Positions 52,477 to 59,296 of a DNA stretch of 59,296 bases are shown here, in pieces. A model generated the notes under the pieces. The model saw only the letters and a program-made list of their open reading frames with translations. It was not told where the DNA came from and did no database searches. Source of the DNA: Anaerolineae bacterium (lineage in GTDB: Bacteria; Chloroflexota; Anaerolineae; B4-G1; SLSP01); NCBI GenBank assembly GCA_049975385.1, contig JBNGDO010000005.1:1-59296 (forward strand), written 5' to 3'. Positions within the stretch are counted from its first letter, which is position 1, and each line of letters starts with the position of its first letter. A program made the translations under genes and the position numbers.

Positions 52477-52590
52477 TGCGGTTTTGGCCTTTGATTATTT
52501 AGCTTGTTGAACGCGGATCGGGCCAAAACTGCCACGAAACCGCAATTATCAGGCATCGATCTGACTATTTCCCCAAAGTGAAACGCACCC
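52477..52590 (-). repeat. 115-nt repeat element, copy B (upstream of the PadR::NifX promoter)
   Basis: The reverse complement aligns with 35497-35611 at about 80% identity, including the GCAGTTTTGGCC / GGCCAAAACCGC stem. Confidence 0.7.
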
Positions 52591-53220
52591 AAAGTCGACA
52601 TAGCTTAAATTTTGCATGTTCAGGTCAGTCGTTTTCTTATCCCAGTATAGTGGAACTCACACGAAGTACAATGCGAGTTAACGGCCGTTTTTGCGAAAGG
52701 TCAACACACTTGATATAGCATCGAGGGGGTATTGCCGAGGTTTGTTGATATTTATACCGTAAGTTCTCAATCCAGTGTCTGCTGCAACGTCTTCATCAAC
52801 GTCGCGCACAAAATGCCACACTACAGGAATCAACACGACATCTCCTTCTGGAGCGGCAACCAAAGGCGCGAGTTTAGCTGCCCCGGTGCGTATGATGTTG
52901 AGGAGTTGCAAGGATAGCATACGTCTGCGCAGCGACAGCTCGACCACTTGCGTATGAAGTGCAGCCATCTGCGCCGTCGTTTTGATCCCAAAACCTGCTC
53001 ACACCGTCTGCATGTCCCCCATCAGGCTTCGCCATCGTGTAGCCCACCAGCACACCGCTAATTTCGGTGGCGACTTTAGCCCGATATTGGAGCATTGTAC
53101 GGATTTGCCTCAGGAAAGCCCGCCATTGCTACTGGGAACTGGCAAAAGCCTATTTTGTTACGAGATACCGTGGCCCTACTCGCAAAGAATTATCCACACT
53201 TAATGAAACGTCCCCAACCC

Positions 53221-53274
53221 TTAACCTATTGTTAACATCCCGATAAATATCTGTTAAACGTTGTGCGATATGCT
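53221..53274 (+). promoter_or_regulatory. Pho-box-like direct repeats plus -10 upstream of the PhoB-like regulator
   Basis: TTAACC (53221), TTAACA (53232), ATAAAT (53243, degenerate) and TTAAAC (53254) at exact 11-bp spacing. TATGCT follows 9 nt after the last hexamer. Confidence 0.5.
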
Positions 53275-53333
53275 ATATCCAAAGTAAGTATGACGCACAG
53301 TACGATGAGTTGCGTGTTAAGAATGTGACTATT

Positions 53334-54047
53334 ATGGCACAGAAAATTCTCGTGGTGGAAGATGACCAAGTTTTGCGCGAGACATTGGCCTACAATTTGA
53401 ACAAAGAGGGCTATACGGTTTTGACTGCGGAAGACGGCAGCGTTGCTGTCGAAACCACCCGGCGTGAAAAACCGAATTTGATCGTGCTAGACCTTATGCT
53501 TCCGGGCATAGATGGCTTTGAGGTTTGCCGTATCGTGCGCCGGGAGAGCAATGTCCCCATCTTGATGTTGACGGCCCGCACGGATGAAGTGGATCGTGTG
53601 GTGGGATTGGAAGTCGGCGCAGACGATTATGTCACCAAACCATTCAGCATGCGCGAACTGCTGGCGCGTATCAAAGCGCATTTGCGGAGAGAGCGAATGA
53701 TCCGCGAAACGTTAACGCCGCCGGTAACGCACACGACCGATTTGAAGCCGCCCTTGTCTTTTGGTAATCTTTCTATCGATCTAAATCGGTGCGAGGTGAT
53801 GCTGGACGGCGATATACTGCCGCTCAAGCCCAAGGAATACGAGTTATTGGCTTCGTTAGCCCTGCACAAAGGCCAGGTGCTTTCCCGTCCCCAACTGATG
53901 CAAAGCGTGTGGGGGTGGGATCACAGCGTGAATAGCCGTACGATCGATGTTCACATTCGTTGGCTGCGACGCAAGATAGAGCCTGACCCGGATAACCCCA
54001 CCCGCATTGTCACTGTGCGCGGCATCGGTTACCGCTTTGAAGGATAA
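53334..54047 (+). CDS. OmpR/PhoB-family response regulator (PhoB/PhoP-like by context)
   Basis: MAQKILVVEDDQ, DLMLPGIDG, and the C-terminal VTVRGIGYRF. No adjacent histidine kinase. Confidence 0.85.
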   Translation: MAQKILVVEDDQVLRETLAYNLNKEGYTVLTAEDGSVAVETTRREKPNLIVLDLMLPGIDGFEVCRIVRRESNVPILMLTARTDEVDRVVGLEVGADDYVTKPFSMRELLARIKAHLRRERMIRETLTPPVTHTTDLKPPLSFGNLSIDLNRCEVMLDGDILPLKPKEYELLASLALHKGQVLSRPQLMQSVWGWDHSVNSRTIDVHIRWLRRKIEPDPDNPTRIVTVRGIGYRFEG

Positions 54048-54095
54048 AGAGGCCACAAGAAAATGATGAGTTTGTAAACAAACCTTTCCCTGATC

Positions 54096-54149
54096 TTAAC
54101 AAACCGTTAACATTCTGTTGAAACCCCCTTAATCTTCGCGTGTTATGAT
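54096..54149 (+). promoter_or_regulatory. Pho box (four hexamers at 11-bp phasing) plus extended -10 upstream of pstS
   Basis: TTAACA (54096), TTAACA (54107), TTGAAA (54118) and TTAATC (54129). TGtTATGAT at 54141-54149. Confidence 0.6.
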
Positions 54150-54188
54150 GACCTTGCGATCAAAAAACAAAACTCAGGAGGAGATAAT

Positions 54189-55064
54189 ATGCGTCGCGTA
54201 AGTTTAGTTGTGTTTATTTTAGTGGCAATGTTGGTCACGGCTTGTGGCGGTAGTACACCGACTACAGCGCCGACAGCGGTTCCGGAAACTACCGAAGCCA
54301 CTGAGCCGGCTCCCGTTGCCGAAAGTGGTCAGCACATCAGTGTAGCGGGTTCGACGACGGTGCAGCCGTTGGCGGAGAAGCTGGCGGAAGAGTTCGCGGC
54401 CGCGAATCCCGATGTGAAGATCGACGTCGCGGGCGGCGGTTCGAGCGCGGGCGTCAAGGCCGCGGGCGATGGCACCGCCGACATCGGCGCAGCCTCGCGT
54501 GAAATCAAGGACGAGGAGAAAACGACCTACCCCGACATCGTGATCTTCGAGATTGCGCGGGACGGCATCGCGGTCGTCGTACACCCCGAAGTGCCCATCG
54601 ACACGCTGACCAAGGATCAGGTACGCGACATCTTCGCGGGTGTCATCACCAACTGGAGCGAGGTGGGCGGCGAGAACCAGCCAATCACCGTTATCTCCCG
54701 TGAGGAAGGCTCCGGCACACGCGGTGCGTTCGAGGAGATGGTGATGGGTGACGATGCAGCGATCACCGATCAGGCGATCTTCCAGGACTCCAACGGCAAG
54801 GTGCGCACCACCGTCGCCAGCACCCCCAACTCGATCGCCTACCTGTCCTTTGGTTACCTGGATGACTCCGTGTACGCCGTGGCGATCGACAGTGTGGAAG
54901 CCACCGAGGCCAATGCTCTGAGCGGCGCTTACCCTGTCGTCCGCCCGCTGAACATGGTCACCTTGGGCGAACCGACCGGTGTGGTCAAGACCTGGTTGGA
55001 CTGGATCATCAGCGATGCCGGGCAAGAGATTGTAACAGAGCAAGGATACCTTGCTGTTAAATAA
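54189..55064 (+). CDS. pstS: phosphate ABC transporter substrate-binding lipoprotein
   Basis: Lipobox LVTAC. Also AGSTTVQPLAE, GGGSSAGV and REEGSGTR motifs of the PstS (PBP_like_2) family. Confidence 0.9.
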   Translation: MRRVSLVVFILVAMLVTACGGSTPTTAPTAVPETTEATEPAPVAESGQHISVAGSTTVQPLAEKLAEEFAAANPDVKIDVAGGGSSAGVKAAGDGTADIGAASREIKDEEKTTYPDIVIFEIARDGIAVVVHPEVPIDTLTKDQVRDIFAGVITNWSEVGGENQPITVISREEGSGTRGAFEEMVMGDDAAITDQAIFQDSNGKVRTTVASTPNSIAYLSFGYLDDSVYAVAIDSVEATEANALSGAYPVVRPLNMVTLGEPTGVVKTWLDWIISDAGQEIVTEQGYLAVK

Positions 55065-55083
55065 AGGATAAAAGGTTATAAGA

Positions 55084-55132
55084 TCGAGAATCAAGAATCG
55101 AAAGGATTCTTGATTCTCGATTCTCGATTCTT
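55084..55132 (+). repeat. pstS-pstC intercistronic heptamer-array hairpin
   Basis: TCGAGAA TCAAGAA TCGAAAG, then GATTCTT GATTCTC GATTCTC GATTCTT. Perfect 15-bp stem 55085-55099 / 55105-55119 with loop GAAAG. Confidence 0.7.
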
Positions 55133-55147
55133 GAGTAACGAGGCATC

Positions 55148-56059
55148 ATGAAACTAACGCGGACCGTCGATCGAACCATTCGTTATCTGCTGTTGGGCAG
55201 CGCATTATTATCTGTCTTTATTGTGTTATTGATTGGCATATTTACCTTGATCGAAGCCTGGCCGGCGTTCCGTGAAGTCGGGTTGGTGGATTTCCTTTTC
55301 AATCCGGTATGGCACCCGCTGCCCGACGATCCCCCCAATAGTGAATTTGGTATCCTGGGGATGATTTATGCGTCGATCATCGTAACGGCAGGCGCGATCA
55401 TCTTGGGCGTGCCGTTAGGGATCGGGTGTGCCGTGTTTTTGGCCGAAATCGCTCCAGAGGCAATCCACAAACTGGTGCGTCCGGCTGTGGAACTGCTCGC
55501 CGGCATTCCCTCTGTCGTCTACGGCCTCGTGGGTATGGTCTGGTTGGTCCCCCTCATCCGCGAACTTATCCCGGTTGCCAATAATCAGGGCTTTGGTTTT
55601 CTGGCTTCGTCTATCGTGTTGGCGGTCATGATCTTGCCGACCATCATCAATATTGCCGAAGATGCGATTCGCGCGGTTCCGGAGTCTTACCGGGAGGGCG
55701 CGCTGGCTCTGGGCAGCACCCACTGGCAAACGATTGTCAATGTCATTTTCCCGGCGGCGCGTTCCGGCATCGTCGCTGCGGTGATCTTAGGGATTGGGCG
55801 CGCGTTAGGGGAAACAATGGCGATGGTGATGGTCATCGGCAACTCTACGGAGTTCCCGGTTCCGTTGACCGCCAATCCGTTGACGATCTTCCTGGCGCGC
55901 GGCCGCACGTTGACCGGCAATGTCGTGATGGGCTTGAATTATGCGGCCGGGGTCCACCGCAGCGCGCTGTTTGCCACGGGTGTGGTGTTATTTTTGATGA
56001 TTATGCTGGTCAACGGCATGGCGCGGGTGATTGTGAAGAAGTGGTCTGATAAGGGGTAA
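55148..56059 (+). CDS. pstC: phosphate ABC transporter permease
   Basis: Six-TM permease with the EAA-type loop AEDAIRAVPESYREGALALGSTHWQT. Confidence 0.85.
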   Translation: MKLTRTVDRTIRYLLLGSALLSVFIVLLIGIFTLIEAWPAFREVGLVDFLFNPVWHPLPDDPPNSEFGILGMIYASIIVTAGAIILGVPLGIGCAVFLAEIAPEAIHKLVRPAVELLAGIPSVVYGLVGMVWLVPLIRELIPVANNQGFGFLASSIVLAVMILPTIINIAEDAIRAVPESYREGALALGSTHWQTIVNVIFPAARSGIVAAVILGIGRALGETMAMVMVIGNSTEFPVPLTANPLTIFLARGRTLTGNVVMGLNYAAGVHRSALFATGVVLFLMIMLVNGMARVIVKKWSDKG

Positions 56060-56064
56060 CAAGC

Positions 56065-57843
56065 ATGGGAGTGGTAGACGCAGTATTAAACAAAACTAAA
56101 ACAGCGACTTCATCTAACTTGCAACAAAGGCACTGGATACAGAATGTGGCTTTTGGCGTGCTCTGGTTGACCGGGGGTGTGGTCATCGTCGTTTTGTTTT
56201 TTGTCATCATTTATCTGCTGTTGCAGAGTGGGAAGTTCTTCATCGGAACGGAAAACGTGCTTGAAGACATCACGCTAGAATCTTCCAACGAGGCGGTGCG
56301 CGATTTCGTCGCTGCCAACCCGGCAGCGATTGGCTATATCTCGTTTGGCTATCTGGATGGGACGACCAAAGCACTGTCGCTCAATCAGACAGCCCCGAGT
56401 GTGGCCAACATCGCCAATGACACGTATCCCCTGGTGCGCACGCTCTATATGGTTACCCACGGCGAGCCAAGCCCGGAGGTACAGGCCTGGTTGGATTTTG
56501 TGCGCAGCGCCGAAGGGCAGCAATTCCTCACCGAGGCTGGTTATATTGCTCTGACCGAATCGGCCGAGTTTCAGTCGGCGGCACACGCGATAAGTAGTGA
56601 ATTGACGCTGGCCGGTTCTACGACGGTGGAACCGTTGGCGGAGCAACTCGCGGCTGCCTTCGCCAGCCATTACCCGGATGTGACCATCACCGTGGAGGGC
56701 GGCGACTCTACCGCCGGCATCAAAGCAGCAGGCAAAGGCAGTGTGGATGTGGGGATGAGTTCCCGCGACATCAAAGAGGTAGAACTGGTTCGCTACAAAG
56801 AACTGCGTGTGTTTGACATTGGCTATGACGGCATTGCGGTCATTATCCACCCGACGCTACAAATCAGTTCACTGACCTACAATCAATTGCGTGACATTTA
56901 CAATGGTTACATTGATAATTGGGCTAAAGTCGGCGGGCCGGATGTGCCGATTGTCGTCGTAGGACGCGAGAGCGGCTCCGGTACGTCGGAAAGCTTTGAA
57001 GCGTGGGTGATGAGCAAAGAGCGGTTGATTCAGGAAGGATGGGAAACCGGCAACGTGACCATGATGGCTCAAGGCATTGGGGCCAGTTTCAAGGCCGTCT
57101 GGCGCTTTCTCACGGCCAAACCGCTGCCGGGTATGGGCGGCAAAGGTGGCATCTCGACAACCATCATCACCACGGTCTACATGGTGATTTTGACACTGCT
57201 CATCGCGACGCCATTAGGTGTTGGCGCGGCAATTTATTTGGTGGAATACGCCGGGGAAATGGGCAGCCAAAGTCGTTGGATGCGCCGGATCGTCGAAACC
57301 ATCCGCTTTGCGGTTGAAACGCTGGCCGGGGTGCCTTCGATCATCTTTGGTCTGTTTGGATTTGCGTTATTCGTCACCGTGATGCATCTCGGCCTCTCGA
57401 TGCTTTCCGGAGCGTTGGCGGGGGCGTGTTTGATCCTCCCGGTGATCATCCGCACGACGGAAGAAGCCTTGCTCACCGTGCCGCGCGCTTATCGTGAGGG
57501 CAGTCTGGCTCTCGGAGCGACGAAGTGGCAGACGAACTGGCAGGTCGTCTTGCCGACAGCTATGCCCGGCATCGTCACCGGCGTTATCCTCGGTGTAGGC
57601 CGCATCGTCAGTGAAACGGCCGTCTTCTACGTGACGTTGGGCGGCAGCATCCATTTGCCCGAGTCGGTGATGGATCAAGGGCGCACCATGGTGCTGCATT
57701 TGTATTCTTTGATGATGGACGCCAACGCCCCTGCTCCAGCGATGGGCACGGCGATGGTCTTGGTAGTGACAATCATTCTTATCAATTTAGCCATTAATTA
57801 TCTCTCTGGACGCATTGCACGCCGGTTACAAGGCAAAGCGTAA
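56065..57843 (+). CDS. pstA: phosphate ABC transporter permease PstA with an approximately 300-aa circularly permuted PstS-like domain in the first periplasmic loop
   Basis: TM1 at aa 27-55. aa 71-162 align to the C-terminal half of PstS, and aa 178-316 to the N-terminal half. From aa 360 on it is a normal PstA core with TEEALLTVPRAYREGSLALGATKWQT. Confidence 0.8.
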   Translation: MGVVDAVLNKTKTATSSNLQQRHWIQNVAFGVLWLTGGVVIVVLFFVIIYLLLQSGKFFIGTENVLEDITLESSNEAVRDFVAANPAAIGYISFGYLDGTTKALSLNQTAPSVANIANDTYPLVRTLYMVTHGEPSPEVQAWLDFVRSAEGQQFLTEAGYIALTESAEFQSAAHAISSELTLAGSTTVEPLAEQLAAAFASHYPDVTITVEGGDSTAGIKAAGKGSVDVGMSSRDIKEVELVRYKELRVFDIGYDGIAVIIHPTLQISSLTYNQLRDIYNGYIDNWAKVGGPDVPIVVVGRESGSGTSESFEAWVMSKERLIQEGWETGNVTMMAQGIGASFKAVWRFLTAKPLPGMGGKGGISTTIITTVYMVILTLLIATPLGVGAAIYLVEYAGEMGSQSRWMRRIVETIRFAVETLAGVPSIIFGLFGFALFVTVMHLGLSMLSGALAGACLILPVIIRTTEEALLTVPRAYREGSLALGATKWQTNWQVVLPTAMPGIVTGVILGVGRIVSETAVFYVTLGGSIHLPESVMDQGRTMVLHLYSLMMDANAPAPAMGTAMVLVVTIILINLAINYLSGRIARRLQGKA

Positions 57844-57904
57844 AGAAAAGTTCAGGGTGGCCGAGTAGGGAAAGGCGTAAGGGAAAAAGGAGTTTCCATA
57901 GCTT

Positions 57905-58678
57905 ATGACCGCATCTGAGGTTCGACTGGAAGTTCGAGATTATAATATGTATTATGGCGATTTTAAAGCCCTGGACGGGGTCAACGTAAAAATCCCGGCC
58001 CAACAGGTGACGGCCATCATCGGCCCTTCCGGGTGTGGCAAGAGCACATTTTTGCGCACCTTCAACCGGATGAATGATTTGATCCCTTCCGCGCGCACTG
58101 AAGGGCGGGTGTGGTTGGATGGCACCGATATTTTTAGCATGGATGCTGTAGACTTGCGGCGTCAGGTTGGTATGGTGTTTCAGCGCCCCAATCCTTTTCC
58201 CAAGTCCATTTATGACAATGTCGCTTATGGGCCACGCATGAACGGCCTGCGCGACAAAGCCAAACTGGGCGAGATTGTGGAGCGCAGCTTGCGCGACGCG
58301 GCGTTATGGGATGAGGTGAAAGACGATCTGGGCAAGTCCGGCCTCGCGCTATCTGGTGGGCAGCAGCAACGGCTGTGCATCGCGCGCGCCCTGGCGGTCG
58401 CCCCGGAGGTTATCTTGATGGACGAACCGGCCTCCGCGCTCGATCCTATCGCCACACTGCGCATCGAAGAGCTGATCCGCGAACTCAAGAAGCAGTACAC
58501 GATCGTCATCGTCACGCACAACATGCAGCAAGCTGCACGTGTTTCGGACTACACCGCCTTCTTCTACACCGACGAAAGCCGCACGGGCATCCTCGTCGAG
58601 TTTGGTAGCACGAAGAAGATTTTCACCAACCCGGACGACAAGCGGACAGAAGATTACATTACGGGAAGGTTTGGATAG
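57905..58678 (+). CDS. pstB: phosphate ABC transporter ATP-binding protein
   Basis: GPSGCGKST Walker [10 protein letters not shown] signature, ILMDEP Walker B. PstB-like length. Confidence 0.95.
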   Translation: MTASEVRLEVRDYNMYYGDFKALDGVNVKIPAQQVTAIIGPSGCGKSTFLRTFNRMNDLIPSARTEGRVWLDGTDIFSMDAVDLRRQVGMVFQRPNPFPKSIYDNVAYGPRMNGLRDKAKLGEIVERSLRDAALWDEVKDDLGKSGLALSGGQQQRLCIARALAVAPEVILMDEPASALDPIATLRIEELIRELKKQYTIVIVTHNMQQAARVSDYTAFFYTDESRTGILVEFGSTKKIFTNPDDKRTEDYITGRFG

Positions 58679-58698
58679 AGAGGAGTAAGGAGGCAACG

Positions 58699-59208
58699 AT
58701 GAGTAAAAAACGCGTTTTGTTTCTCTGTACGGGCAACTCTGCGCGGAGTCAGATGGCTGAGGCACTGGTGAATCATTCCCTGGGCACGTTATGGGAAGCA
58801 CATTCTGCCGGAACGAAGCCGGCCGGCTACATCCATCCGATGGCGCTTCGGGCATTGGCCGAGTTGGGTATTGATGGTTCAGAGCAGTGGTCCAAATCGA
58901 CCGAGAAATTTCGTGGGATGGACTTTGATGTGGTGATTACAGTATGTGACCAGGCGGCCAAGAATTGTCCGGTATGGTTAGGCCAGGGACGCCAGGTCCA
59001 CATAGGTTTTCCCGATCCGGCAGCCGCCGAAGGTGGCGACGCGGCGAAAATGCAGATATTCCGCCAGGTACGCGACGCGCTGCGCGAGCAAGTATTAGCC
59101 TATCTGACGAATTGGCCGCAGGAATCACACCCTGAGCCATTTGTGACCAGCGAGGTTCTCATCAGTGGTGAGGATTCTGGTTCGCACTCTGCGCTCCCAC
59201 ACATATAG
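58699..59208 (+). CDS. arsC: arsenate reductase, LMW-PTPase (thioredoxin-coupled) type
   Basis: VLFLCTGNSARSQMAE (CX5R P-loop) plus downstream VCD...CP Cys residues. The C-terminal extension of about 30 aa is unassigned. Confidence 0.8.
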   Translation: MSKKRVLFLCTGNSARSQMAEALVNHSLGTLWEAHSAGTKPAGYIHPMALRALAELGIDGSEQWSKSTEKFRGMDFDVVITVCDQAAKNCPVWLGQGRQVHIGFPDPAAAEGGDAAKMQIFRQVRDALREQVLAYLTNWPQESHPEPFVTSEVLISGEDSGSHSALPHI

Positions 59209-59233
59209 AAACTGTCTAAATCGAGGTACAAGA

Positions 59234-59296
59234 ATGCCCAAACCACGTGAAACGCTTGCGCGCGAAATACAGCATCTCGAGGATGAGATCCTGATT
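59234..59296 (+). CDS. phoU: PhoU-like phosphate signalling protein, 5' fragment running off the window
   Basis: MPKPRETLAREIQHLEDEILI resembles PhoU N-termini. The position after pstB fits. Only 21 codons are visible. Confidence 0.6.
   Translation, partial: MPKPRETLAREIQHLEDEILI

Noticed and set aside
54219-55094. 291-aa minus-strand ORF opposite pstS
   Set aside because: It is a shadow ORF. pstS has a lipobox, PBP motifs and operon context.

Overview
59.3-kb GC-rich (about 60% by eye) bacterial chromosomal segment. I saw no rRNA, tRNA, CRISPR array or intact mobile element. The protein styles (DUF3160 lipoprotein, LRR-Roc-COR, Trx-VKOR fusion, Thr/Pro-rich lipoprotein linkers) look Chloroflexota-like, but I cannot verify that here.

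Layout:
- (1) 0-13 kb: formate island. It holds DRTGG, PHP and HATPase accessory genes, two tandem NuoE/NuoF-like pairs, a Cys-type molybdopterin formate dehydrogenase, FocA, MobA and FdhD.
- (2) 12.5-25.3 kb: mixed genes. These are DUF99, an orphan hydrogenase maturation protease, a DUF3160 lipoprotein, a beta-carbonic anhydrase, GH18, a frameshifted flavodoxin-ferredoxin, a heavily decayed LRR-Roc-COR pseudogene, an MBL hydrolase and a nitroreductase.
- (3) 25.6-26.4 kb: two DUF5320 genes behind a near-consensus promoter.
- (4) 26.6-43.6 kb: Trx-VKOR, methyltransferases, a LytS/LytTR pair with unknown membrane proteins, a ZIP transporter, a frameshifted MalT-like regulator and an OmpR-type two-component pair.
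- (5) 43.9-52.5 kb: a 12-gene minus-strand operon. It encodes NifX-like proteins, two ferredoxin-insert MinD ATPases, a G3E GTPase and others, headed by a PadR::NifX-like fusion regulator.
- (6) 53.2-59.3 kb: Pho block (PhoB-like RR, pstSCAB, arsC, phoU start).

Main hunt results:
- The PadR::NifX operon is a candidate uncharacterised metallocofactor-handling system. Its promoter carries a 21-bp palindromic site that recurs (17/21 identical, same register on the -35) at the DUF5320 promoter 27 kb away.
- PstA carries a circularly permuted PstS-like domain in its first periplasmic loop.
- The FDH locus has two non-equivalent NuoEF modules, and all three of its thioredoxin-like 2Fe-2S modules lack Cys.
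- Intercistronic hairpins are built from tandem heptamer arrays.
- A 115-nt repeat lies upstream of two regulator genes.
- Four genes are disrupted by small indels. These are either real decay or assembly error.

All family names come from motif recognition by eye. No database search was run.
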